NCBI RefSeq assembly: GCF_006345805.1
Contig: NC_043009.1
Location: 35,154,001 to 35,218,000, forward strand
Source of the DNA: Octopus sinensis
Lineage: Eukaryota
Length of the DNA stretch: 64,000 nucleotides
Direction: 5' to 3'
The translations under genes were made by a program, and so were the position numbers. Below the pieces are notes generated by a model. The model did no database searches, was not told the DNA's origin, and saw nothing but the letters and a program-made list of their open reading frames with translations. Numbering within the stretch: the stretch's first letter is position 1; each line of letters opens with the position of its first letter. This document shows, piece by piece, positions 12,849 through 24,241 of the stretch.

Positions 12849-13971
12849 TATATATCATGCAATATTATATGTAAATTTTATTCATAAGGTTTCATTAATG
12901 TCTCGAAATTCGACTCTTGAGAATTGTACATGAAAATTATTTGCTGCAGATATTGAATTTTAAATAATTTATACCTATATCATGTTGGGCGTGTTTATAT
13001 GATTAGACATGTACATTACAAGTAAAACAAAACAAACCGAACTACTGCATGAATTAAACGACCACGAAGAATGATGTATCTAAAAAGCAATAGACGAAAA
13101 TAAAGAGCAGAAAAATTAATGGTTTGTTTCTAGACAATATAAATTATGGCTTTGTTGATTCTTTTTATCTCAAAACGTATTCAATAGCGATGTCCTTCAA
13201 ATTTTTTCTTGCGTTCTTGAGGTATGTTTATTCTATCAGCTTTTAAAGAAGCACACAAATATGTTTATAGTTTTATCATTGTGAAGTCTTGTTTTTTTTC
13301 TTACATTACAGTAGTCAGCCAGATATTGACATTAAAGGGATAAGATGTCATTTACCACAGAATTCAGCGGTCAGACACACGCATTCTCACGTGCAGGCAG
13401 TGACAGCTAAAGACAGTCACTTTTAATGCTTGAAATGACATATCCTATCAAAGAGAGGAAAAAAGGAAACAAAAAGTAAATCAATTTCTATACACAGAGA
13501 CTTAAATGAAAATACATGTTTTTATATACAGAGATGGGAAATGAAAACCTTCTCCCTTCTTAATTCATTCTAAATGAGTCAGTCGAACTTTCAAACACGA
13601 AGTATTTTGTTATGAAAAATAAATGTAGGTATACTAGTATCTCAGAGGATATTTTCGTAAAGAAACCAAAACTCAGAAGTTTGTAATATTTCAAGAAAAT
13701 TCCTTTTAATCGCATGATATTTGCATTCCTAATTTATCGATGTAAAAGTCCGTTCAGAAATCTTCCCAAAATGGGTTTCAGATGGTAACTGGAATAATTA
13801 TAAAAATATTTCGCTTTGCTTTTCTTGAAAGACTTTCTAAAGGTATGGTGACATCTCAATAAATTCAGAGTATTCAGTCTTAACCATGGATCAGGAGCTA
13901 TTTTCTTGTATCTTCCTTTTAGTCAAATGCCTCATGAGTTTAGTCAGAGAAGTATTATGTCTCCTATTTGT

Positions 13972-14110
13972 GGAGGCGCAATGGCCCAGTGGTTAGGGCA
14001 GCGGACTCGCGGTCATAGGATCGCGGTTTCGATTCCCAGACCGGCCGTTGTGTGTGTTTATTGAGCGAAAACACCTAAAAAGCTCCACGAGGCTCCGGCA
14101 GGGATGGTGA
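13972..14110 (+). mobile_element. tRNA-derived SINE head
   Basis: GGAGGCGCAATGGCCCAGTGGTTAGGGCAGCGG...GGTTTCGATTCCC with A/B-box-like motifs and a non-tRNA continuation. Confidence 0.75.
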
Positions 14111-14585
14111 TGATGAAGTGCTTCCACTTGTCTCCTTTTTATATTTCGAAGTGACGCAGCGTGGTCACGTCATCGAATCTTGTAAAAGTCCGTCGTTGCG
14201 CTTACACATCTGTATTCGTTTCCTTCAGCTCGTACACAGTATTCATATTTAATGTTTTTTTACAGAGACAGACATACAAAGGGCAGCTACATCTGTTTCT
14301 AAAATTATATCTTCTAACATTATTAATCGCATTACCGGTACTATCGTTACTAAATCTTTTGTTACAATTACTCATATCGTTACTACTCATATCATCATCA
14401 TCACCACCATAAACATACTACTACTACTACTATACTACTACTACTACTACTACTACTAATAATAATAATAATAATAATAATAAATATCATTATTATTATA
14501 CAGTTTTATATTTAAGAGATGAGGGATTATGTACGTTATTTAGATTATTTACATTTGACGGATTCTTGTCCTCATCTTTGTTGTT

Positions 14586-14631
14586 AACACAACGTTTCGG
14601 CTGATATACCCTCCAGCCTTCATCAGGTGTC
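14586..14631 (-). ncRNA. Minimal type I hammerhead ribozyme motif in a short AAT-flanked element (~14497-14680)
   Basis: Minus strand: GACAC-CUGAUGA-A-GGCUG(10 nt)CAGCC-GAAAC-GUU-GUGUU; stems I and II pair. Confidence 0.7.
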
Positions 14632-14680
14632 TTGAGGAATTTTCGAACATGGGTTCTCATTCCTAAGGTATTTTTCTATG

Positions 14681-14805
<125 letters not shown>

Positions 14806-16017
14806 TCTATGTTTGACTTTTGCTTTATGTCTGTACGAGTTGGCTCCAAGTCTCACCCAGAGACCTCAAGAGACAACAGGTTGAAAGTTCACGTTGTTGT
14901 TATGCCTAGTGTTCCATATATATATATTTTTTTTTTAAAGTTTGTTTTAAACCTTGGGATTACATAGAGAGTATTTTGCGTAGGATATGAACAGTTCCCA
15001 TGAGCACTATCTTTTGAATTTCTGCCATTTTGGGGTTTCCTGGTATCTGAGTTAGGTAGCAATCAGTCCCTTTCGCTATCATTCCCAGGGCACCTATGAC
15101 AACAGGTATTGTTTTAGTCTTCAGCTTCCACATTTTGCTGATTTCTATTTCAAGATCTTTATATTTGCTCAGTTTTTGGTAGGTCTTGACAGATACGTTT
15201 ATATCGATTGGGACAGTCATATCAATGAGGAGGCATGTTCTTTGTCTGAAGTCTTTCAATATGATGTCTGGCCTATTTACATCTATCTTTCTGTCAGTTT
15301 GAATGGTGAAGTTCCAGAGGAGTGAAATGTGGTCATTTTCAAGCACTGGGGGTGGTTTGTGTTCCCACCAGTTTTTTTCATGGGACAAATCCAGGTTTTT
15401 GCAGATTACCCTGGGAATATATTGTGCAGCTCTATCATGCCTGTTGAGATACTCTGTAGGCGCTAGAAGACTGCATTTGGAGACCACATGATCAATGGTT
15501 TCATTTTGTTGTCGGCATACACGACACGTTGGACTACTGCCGTTCTTTAATATGTTGGCCTGGTAGTTTCTTGTTGGTAGGCATTGATCTTGAGCTGCCA
15601 TGATAAACCCCTCTGTTTCAGATTTTAAGCCAGAGGCCATTAGCCATTGATGGGTCAGGGCTTTTTCAATATCTGCATTATTCGCTCTCTTTGGGTATTT
15701 GCCATAGAGAGGTTTTTCTTGCCATTTATCATTCAGAATATCTAAGGCCGCAGATTTAGCACGGGTTTTTATGCGCTTAGCTTTTTCTGTGCCTGTTTCT
15801 TGTATGCCTATCTCTAATTCCGAACTTTTTTGTATTCGGAATTCACTTAGATATTCCTTTGCCTGTTTTGTTACTGAGTATGATGCTTTCTTGTTTTCAT
15901 GTTTTGAGACAAGTTTTAACATCCAGTCCTCAGAGTTTTTAAGGTATGGCTAATGCATTGATCGCTTCGATCCTGTTTCTCGCATTCAGCTCTGTCTTGA
16001 GTATTGCTCTTACTCTG
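14806..16017 (-). mobile_element. R4/Dong-type non-LTR retrotransposon, 5'-truncated (restriction-like endonuclease class)
   Basis: RVRAILKTELNARNRIEAINALAIP (15948-16017), then the 320-aa ORF and a ~150-bp 3' UTR ending in (AAT)n. Confidence 0.9.
14960..15922 (-). CDS. Uninterrupted C-terminal part of the R4/Dong ORF: CCHC zinc knuckle plus RLE endonuclease, no RT
   Basis: CRVCRQQNETIDHVVSKC, RHD, NRPDII...IDMTVP...KLSKYKDL (PD-(D/E)xK pattern). It is a TE fragment; expression is unknown. Confidence 0.8.
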   Translation of the reverse strand: MLKLVSKHENKKASYSVTKQAKEYLSEFRIQKSSELEIGIQETGTEKAKRIKTRAKSAALDILNDKWQEKPLYGKYPKRANNADIEKALTHQWLMASGLKSETEGFIMAAQDQCLPTRNYQANILKNGSSPTCRVCRQQNETIDHVVSKCSLLAPTEYLNRHDRAAQYIPRVICKNLDLSHEKNWWEHKPPPVLENDHISLLWNFTIQTDRKIDVNRPDIILKDFRQRTCLLIDMTVPIDINVSVKTYQKLSKYKDLEIEISKMWKLKTKTIPVVIGALGMIAKGTDCYLTQIPGNPKMAEIQKIVLMGTVHILRKILSM

Positions 16018-16060
16018 CCTCTTACTCTTACTCTTACTCTTCTTCTTCTTCTTCTTCTTC

Positions 16061-16095
<35 letters not shown>

Positions 16096-16160
16096 TTAGT
16101 AGTAGTAGTAGTAGTAGTTGTTGTTGTTGTTGTTGTTGTAGCAGTAGCAGTAGTAGTAAT
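16018..16160. repeat. Compound microsatellite (CTTACT)n-(CTT)n-(ATT)n-(GTA)n-(GTT)n
   Basis: Read directly from the sequence. Confidence 0.95.
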
Positions 16161-16376
16161 AATCTTTTCTACTCAAGGAACAAGCCTCGAAGTGTTTGGG
16201 GTGGGAACCAGTCGATTAGATCGACTCCATTACGCATCTAGTATTGAGCTTATCGCCCTCGAAAGAATGAAAGGCAAAGTCGACCTAGGTGGAATTTGTA
16301 CTGAGAACGTAAAGACGGACGAAATGCGGCTAAGCATTTTGCCCGCCGTGCTAACGATTCTGCCATCTCGCCACCT
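16160..16376 (-). mobile_element. SINE family A copy between triplet tracts
   Basis: Family core GAAAGGCAAAGTCGACCT...GCTAACGATTCTGCCATCTCGCCACC. Confidence 0.85.
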
Positions 16377-16404
16377 TAATAATAATAATATAATAATAAT
16401 AATA

Positions 16405-16457
<53 letters not shown>

Positions 16458-16516
16458 CCGGTACTGGCTCTCGTCGCTTCTGATCTTAACTCATTAGCAG
16501 TGTTATAACAATTATA

Positions 16517-16573
<57 letters not shown>

Positions 16574-17379
16574 TTTATTATTGTTATAATTATTTGCTAA
16601 ATGGGACCTGACCTCTGGCTGACTGCTATAATGTAGTCGAAGTAAGTTTTCATAGCGATAAAACAAATCTATGTCTGGAATTCCTTATCTAAATAGCTGA
16701 TAAAATAACTATACCTCAAAAGCGTTAGAAAAATTTTGAAGAATATTGCTATTGAATACCTTCTGAAATAGAAAGTGTCAACTGGCTCATAATTTATTAT
16801 GTTGTCTAAAAACAAAAGCATTCGTTTTTCTCTTCCGCTCTTTATTTTTTCTATTGTATTTTTTTTTAGATTCATCATTCTTCCTGGTCGGTTTATTCAT
16901 ACAAGTTGTTCACTTTATTTTGTTTTGCTTGCAACTTGCACATGCAACCATGTACACACGTCAAACGCGATGTAGGTATCAACTTTTGAAAATTCAATAT
17001 CTACAGCAAATAACTTTCATGTATAATACCGAAGAGTTGAATTTCGATACCCCTCAATGACAACTCATAAGTAGAATGTTGCATGTAGTACTGCATAAAA
17101 TAAAGATATTCATGAGATTGAATTTAGATGAAACAATTGTAAAATGATATCACTCTATACTCCTTTATGAATATAAAGACACTGCGGATATTTATGGATT
17201 TTCAGGCATGCGTTGCGTTTGATAAAGCAAACAATCTCTGGACTACTGTGTGTGACGTGTTCAGGTGGATGAAGTTAGTAGGTGGTAGCTAGGGTTAACA
17301 CTCCAAATTATATGAATGTTTATACGTATATATATATATATATGTGTATATATATATATAAAGTTATGTAAAGGACTAT

Positions 17380-18133
17380 CAGAGAAAACTTGGTGAAAAT
17401 GAATTTAATTTTACAATCAGTGATCAAATTGAGACTAAATCTGATGGAAAACTGAAAGGCTATCTTTGCAATTGTTCTAAATGTGAATCCTATTAAGTGA
17501 AAATTAAGTGTAAAACTAAAAATGGAATATATAGATGTATAATTGCATCTGGGGGTAAGGAGTTCCTTTAAATCGGTGGGACATCATTAATTTTTAAGAG
17601 GGGACTGACAAATTATTTGAGTTCATTTAAGGACAAAAACAAAAGGTTCCTAACGAGTCTTCGCAAATTAATCTGGTCTTTCAAGGGCAGTAACGTGGAC
17701 TATACGATTAAATGGGAGTTAATTTGTACTTCAAAAATAATACAGAGCTGGAACCAATAATAAATGTGACTTACGTGTAGAAGAATTTGACAGGATTTTC
17801 TCATCGTAGGGAAATGTAATAAATTTTTGTCAGGAGGAAGCATTGAGATGCTTGCACGTGAGGGAATTTGCGTTTGCCAAATATAAATGTGTAATTATCA
17901 TTATGCAAGGTTTTGAAGTGCTGGACTGAAAATGATTATCTAATGGCGATCCTTCGCGTTTGACTTAATGAACAATTCTACATTATACAACGCATAGTTT
18001 ATAAAAGAAAATCCTAAAACGACCATATCGAGGGATATCAAGTTAAGACCCTGAAGAGACTGCAGCGTTTTATAGTAGGGTTGCAATTGCAACGATTACT
18101 AATCGGTACAATTGAAATATGTGTTGGTCTTAA
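17380..18133 (+). mobile_element. Penelope-like element 3' relic (GIY-YIG region plus pseudo-LTR)
   Basis: CNCSKC (~17466) and FKRGLTNYLSSFKDKNKRFLTSLRKLIWSFKGSNVDYTIKWE (from 17593) resemble the PLE GIY-YIG C-terminal half; followed by an HHR motif. Confidence 0.7.
18043..18133 (+). ncRNA. Type I hammerhead-like motif, degenerate
   Basis: Stem I TTAAGACC (18043-18050)/GGTCTTAA (18126-18133) is a perfect 8 bp; CUGAAGA 18051-18057; GAAA 18114-18117. Confidence 0.65.
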
Positions 18134-19284
18134 AAGTCAGTGTATAATTATAGAATTAAAGGTAGTGCTATTGCTACTTCGGAGTAATCCTTATTGCCAA
18201 TATTTATACTCCAGGAAACCTATATGCTTAAGGAAATATATTCAGAATTATCCAACGGAATATTCATCTCGTTTCTTATCTTATAATAACTTTATTGGAT
18301 TTATATGTTAACTGTTGAATAACATATTATGAATGTCTTACTGAGAGTAAACTGGTAATCGTTTTAGGGTAATCTCTTACTTTTTACTGATATATATGTG
18401 TGTGTGTGTGTGTGGGGGGTATTGTGTCGAATATCTTTAAATGTACTTGGGATGTGATCAGCTGTGTGTTGAGTGTGTATATTGAAATGAATGTCTTGTC
18501 CAAGAAAGGACTAGGATTTTCCTTTGGGTTTGATGTTTTCGTTTGAGTGTCTCCACCTGTGTGTATGTGTGTGTGTTTGTGTAATGTTCTCATTTGGGTG
18601 TCACCAGCTGTGCGTATGTGTGTGTGTTGTCACGATGTCTTCTTTTGTGCGTATCTGTGCGTGTATGTGTGTGTTTGTGTTTGTGAATTTGTGAATGTAC
18701 AGAGGTGTGTGCGCGTTCAGAGGTGTGTGCGCGTTCAGAGGTGTGTGTGTGTGATGTTTTCTTTTGTATGTGTGTGGGCGTATTTGTGTGTGCAGAAGTG
18801 TTTGTGTATGATTGAGTTGAAGGCGGATTTATTTCTGTCTTTATAGCCCGTAAAAAAACAGTATTGTAGAAATGAACGTCGCACGTGTACTACAGCAGTA
18901 CTATAAGTAGCTTAAATACCGAGATTAAAAAGCGGGGATGAATTATGCCTACCTAATCTACAAAAAATAAAACATTTTGAATTTTATCTATAGTAATCAG
19001 ACTAACTTTCATTATTTTATTGAATTGGGTGCATGTTTTCCCATGAGAAGATAATGTTGCTATCGTTGTATTTTATTCAATGTAGACCTTGCCTACCGAG
19101 GCGGCACGTCCCTGATTGAAACTATCTAATCTGTGTGCCTTTCCCTTCTTTCTTATATATTTTTGCATTTAAAGTGACCAGAAATTCAGAGAAAATTGAA
19201 AATAAGGATAACTCAGCAGAGTTTACTGGAAAATATAGGCAAGCAAAATACAGCTTTATATGAAAAATCAGAATACTTTAATAA

Positions 19285-19660
19285 TCCTTTCTGCTATAGG
19301 CACAAGGCCTGAAATTATGGGGAAGTGTTTAAGTTAATTACATTGACTCCAGTACTCCAAATGGATGAAAGGCAAAGACGACCTCGGCGGAATTTGAACT
19401 CAGAACGTAGCCTCGGGCGAAATACCTATTTCTTTACTACCCACAAGGGGCTAAACACAGAGAGGACAAACAAGTACAGACAAACAAATTAAGTCGATTA
19501 TATCGACCCCAGTGCGTAACTGGTACTTAATTTATCGACCCCGAAAGGATGAATGGCAAAGTCGACCTCGGCGGAATTTGAACTCTGAAAGTAACGGCGG
19601 ACGAAATACCGCAAAGCATTTCGCCCAGCGTGCTAACGTTTCTGCCAGCTCGCCGCCTTC
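19285..19660 (-). mobile_element. SINE family A head-to-tail dimer
   Basis: Complete head at 19660 and a second internal unit; CGAAATACC at 19418 and 19602 (period 184). Confidence 0.85.
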
Positions 19661-19867
19661 AGAATAATTTAATAATATTGATTTAACATGCAAAAAAGTT
19701 GATTCATGGATCTCATCTTTAATAGATACTATAGATTGTTGGATCTGCAAGATAATTTATGAACACCTTGTATTTGTATGTATATATAGATATATCTGTA
19801 GGTATTCGCCCTGATTGATCGCTGGCCACTAAATATTTTTTTTATTTTCTCTCTCCATTTCTGTGTT

Positions 19868-19905
19868 CCTTTCTGTTGAAGAGCGTAGGCTAGAAACTTA
19901 AAAGG
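19868..19905 (+). ncRNA. Degenerate minimal hammerhead-like motif in a PLE-type tail (~19800-20010)
   Basis: CCTTT-CTGTTGA-A-GAGC GTAG GCTA-GAAAC-TTA-AAAGG; stem I pairs 5/5 but the core deviates (A6 to U). Confidence 0.45.
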
Positions 19906-20011
19906 CTTTGTCACTTCCCGAACGTTAAACTAATACATCTGTTTGTTGTTTACACACCTGTTTTCCTCGTTTATTTGTTTTTCTGTAATTTTCAACTATA
20001 TGTAGGTGTAT

Positions 20012-20660
20012 ACAAGCAATAGTAAATCTCTGAGCGAGATATAAACAGTAGCAGCATGACATCATGAAGTATATTTGCCACCTAAATGTGACTGACTCAT
20101 AAGGGATGCTACTGTAGTTTATAGCCACAGGAAGACATCTCCTACAGCTGGCTATTGACACACTGTATGTTCTCTATCAGTATTTGCAATGGGAAATCAT
20201 CGTTCCCATCGCCAGCCTGACGTGATACACACGGACCCGAGTTTCTGGGTATTGATCCGTCATCAGCGTGTGACAGTCACCGACTGGGGATGAGAAGTGA
20301 TTTTTCAATGCAAATACATATACTTTTTCCAGTGACGAAAAGTCAATAATCTCGAAAAAGGAGAAACAAGCAAAATAAATCTCTGAGCGAGATATAAGCA
20401 GTAGCAGCACGACATCGTGAACCATATGTGTCACCTAAATGTGGCTGAACCATAAGGGATTATGCTACTGTAGTTTGTAGCCCCCGGGACACATCTCCTC
20501 CAGCTGGCTATTGACACATGGTTTCCTTTTGCAAATACTGACAGAGCACAGACAGTGTGTCAAAAGCCAGCTGGAGGAGATGTCTCCCTGGAGCTATAAA
20601 CAACAGTAGCATCGCCCCTTATGGGTCATCCACATTTAGGTGGCAAATATACTTCACGAT
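20012..20660 (-). mobile_element. HHR-bearing 353-bp tandem repeat with terminal inversion (retrozyme or PLE pseudo-LTR candidate)
   Basis: TAAATCTCTGAGCGAGATATAA at 20023 and 20376; 20518-20660 is an inverted copy of ~20058-20195; HHR at 20228-20272. Confidence 0.75.
20228..20272 (-). ncRNA. Type I hammerhead ribozyme motif
   Basis: Minus strand: CACACG-CUGAUGA-CGGAUCAAUACCCA-GAAAC-UCGG-GUC-CGUGUG; stem I is a perfect 6 bp, stem II is weak. Confidence 0.75.
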
Positions 20661-20884
20661 AGGTATACATAGTTATATATGTAAAGATGTATATGTATAT
20701 TACTCCTGGGTATGAATATAAAAATGCACCCCTCTTCCAAGCCATGGTGAGCCAGTAGCAGAGTAGGCTCATAAAACCTGTATGATCTCAAGTAGGTTAC
20801 ACTGGCGGTATGGGCAATGGCAGACCAGAGCAGAGCAAGTGACCTGCTCTCACCAAGAATCTCTGAGTCGGAACAGATCACTTT

Positions 20885-23190
20885 CAGAACCTAATCATAT
20901 CTAGATATAACGTACGTAGTCTTATGGATGACACTCGAATCTCGGACTTGGAATGTGATTTAGATAACTTAAATTGGAATATCGTTGGTCTCAGAGAAAT
21001 GAAAAGAGAGTGCAAACTACAATGTGATGATGAAGTGATGAAAATATTTTAGAGGTAGCTTGACAGTACTATCAAAGACGAGAAAGTGAACCATACCCTA
21101 GTCACAGGTGATTTTAAAAGAAAAGTGGGCATCAAGACTAATAAAAGTGAAAATGCTACAGGAAAATACGGATGTAAGATAAAGAACGAAAAAGGAAACG
21201 GAATAATTGACTTCGCAAATCACAAAAAATGAGAATAGAAAATACCTTTTTGCAAAAAGTAGTGCCAGAAAATGGACATAGAAAAGTTCTAGAAACAGAA
21301 TGAAAAATGAAATTGATTTTATACTATGAAGTAACTCTTTGAGTTACTTGACTTATATGATTCAGTACGTGACGGCTACCATCAAAGCGAACATTGGCAG
21401 TGTCCATAGACTTGTCAAATGCATAATACACAAACAAACAGAATAAAGAAAGGAACAAGAAACTGAAGAAGTAACAGAAACTTTGCATGGAAGACCTCAT
21501 ACCAAACGTCTCAGAATTCCGGATAGGTTTGAAAAATAAATTCGATATAGTTCGGGACAAGATAGACAGTAGCAAAACCGAGGAGATAACGAATATTATT
21601 ACTGAACAATAAAATACAGCTCAAGAGAATATGCATATATATATATATATATATATCTTATCCAGAGAAATTATCAAATTCATGAATATTCGAATAACCA
21701 TGAAACAAGACTCATATACACAACGCATTGAATATACTGAATTATGTAAAACAATAAGGAAAGCACTTAGAGAAAAGAAAGCAAATTGAATATGGAGACG
21801 ATCGAGGAACCAATTGAAAACAAAAAAATATTAAAAATCTAAGCGAAAGATGACAATGGGAAAACCTATATCAAATTAAACCTATATCAATCAAACAAAG
21901 AAGTTTCTCAAACAGTAAATTCATTTTGGCTGCAAATTTGAAAAATGTTATAAAGGAAATGAGAACAATAAAACTGAAGGTCCAGGTTGGATTGAAACAG
22001 ACATAATAAAAGTGGTTGGACCAACACAGACAAAGAAGTACCTAATCTACATACAAAATGCCCACATGAGCACAAGATACCGGATATGTGGAAAAATTCC
22101 GAACTGATCCTTCTTTATGTAAAAAGGATACCAAAATCTAAAGACCAGTCAACCAACTACCCCACATTTACAATATCTCAAAAATCATTAAGACAAAAAT
22201 TGAGTAACGCTTGGTGAGGACTCTACAGTAGAAGCGGCTGTGTTTATGAACTAGCTGAGAGGAAAAAGCCAAAATTACAACATACCATTATGCTTAATTT
22301 GTAAATTTTGAAAAAGGTTTTGACTCCGTTGAGGTAGATAATATACTAATCGCACAAGAGAAAAGAGGAATCGGAGATTATGTAAATTATTTGAAAATGT
22401 GTACATCAACTGCAGAACTACAGCAACTATAAACAACAAAATAATTCATATCAAAGTTGGTTAAGGAGTCAGAAAATAAGACACCATATCACCCAATTAT
22501 TCACATCCCTATTAGAAAAGCTTTTTACTAACTTGCATTTGCCAGAAAACATATAAACGTATGCATGCTAAATCTCAAATTTACTGTTGATATTGAACTC
22601 ATTTCTCTAAAAAGAGAAATAGAAAAAATGTGGACTCGGAATTAACATTAGCAAGGCAAACATATTTTACAACTATCTAGCCTCAGCTAGAAATGTGATG
22701 ATGATGATGATGATGATGAAATAGTTGAACATATGAACCGATACACCTATCTTGGAAACATAATATGTTTAATAGGTAAAAATCAGACGAAATAATTTGA
22801 ACGATGAACACATTTAGGATGAGAATCCTTTGATAAATTGAATAACATCATGAGCAATAACTTGTCTAAAAACAAAGTCCTTCAACCAGTGTGTACTGCC
22901 TACCATTACGTATACATAAAAATCATGGACCACCAAGAACAGCATTGAAATTAAATTAAGATCAACATAAAGAGCCATGGAATGGAGAATGCAGAAGATA
23001 ACAAACTGAATGAGTGGCGAAATAACAGGATAAAAGTGACAACAGATTTAACGGATATTACGTGGGAAATAAAATCTCTGAAATGGTCTTTCGCAGGCTT
23101 GACAGAGTGGACAGCACGTCCAGAAAAATAGGCGGAGGGGAAGACCATGCAGAAGTTGGAAAGGAGACCTTGTTAATGATCATCTATCAT
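20885..23190 (+). mobile_element. Near full-length, heavily decayed RTE-clade LINE (APE endonuclease plus RT)
   Basis: RYNVRSL...WNIVGLREM, TGDF..KVG, KNEIDFIL, NFEKGFDSV, GVRK.DTISP, Y.YLG, RRGRPCRSW in order across broken frames. Confidence 0.85.
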
Positions 23191-23862
23191 CATTACTATA
23201 AAAAATAATAATGAAGTGGTAAAATGACCATGAAGAAGCTTTCTTGACGATACGAAAACTATCTAGTTTACATTGAAGTCTCCTTACATGGTATATGAAT
23301 ACTGTTAGACAGCAATATAGCGTTCATTGGAGCATTCATTTGGATTATGTCTCCCTAATTGGATTACCTGGGCACAGCGTCTGTGTGAGATAACCATGTA
23401 ATGCAATGTTCATGTTGATAGGTATACAATGAGAATGGAAATTGGAGGAAGAGGAAAAAGATGAAAAAAGAGTAATGCTTTGTAATGAAATTTCAATAGG
23501 TTGACTACATAAAATTGGGAAGAAACCTCTCTCTCTCTTTCCCTGTTTATCTGGCTGTCATTTCCCCATTCTTTACTTTTTTTCCCACTTTCTTGTTTGT
23601 CCTGAAACCTCCCTCTTTCTCTATCTATTCACACACTTCTTTGATTTTATTTTTCTCTTCTCACCTTAAAAAAAAATTTCTCTCCTAAACAAAGCAAAAA
23701 TCAACCGATTCATATAAATGAACAAAGAAACGTTCTGCCTTTACCATTATGAATTTGTCTTGACGTGTTCGATAAACTTAAAAAGAATTATCCAAAATTC
23801 TGACTACTTCCTTTTTCTCAAATAATACGTGTATCATGTTTAATGTATTAATATTAATATTT

Positions 23863-24023
23863 TTAAAGTTCCTTATAACCTCTGACGAGGCCTATGGTTA
23901 TATATATATAAGAACCCTATGTTTAAATGCCTACAACCTCATTACGTTGACAACTATATGCAATAAAAATTAAAATAACTACATTTAGCCATAGGCTGAA
24001 ACAGCTGTAAGAAGTGATTTTAA
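23863..24023 (+). ncRNA. Type I hammerhead ribozyme motif with long stem II insertion and extended bulged stem I
   Basis: CUGACGA 23882-23888; 12-bp stem II 23889-23900/23986-23997; GAAAC-AGCU-GUA 23998-24009; distal stem I 23863-23874/24012-24023 with 11/12 pairs. Confidence 0.75.
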
Positions 24024-24241
24024 TTATTTAAATAATTTATATTATCACTTTTATAATCTGTATTCTTATCTTATATGTATTGAATTATAAGATATATATA
24101 TATATGCATGCTATTGAGGTTCTCATTTTGTTAAATGAATAAATAATCCATCAGTCTAATATCCGAAAGTTGATGAACAAACTAAATTTGTTTCTCCATT
24201 TTCTTATTCGTATTATGTATATATATATATATATATGCACA

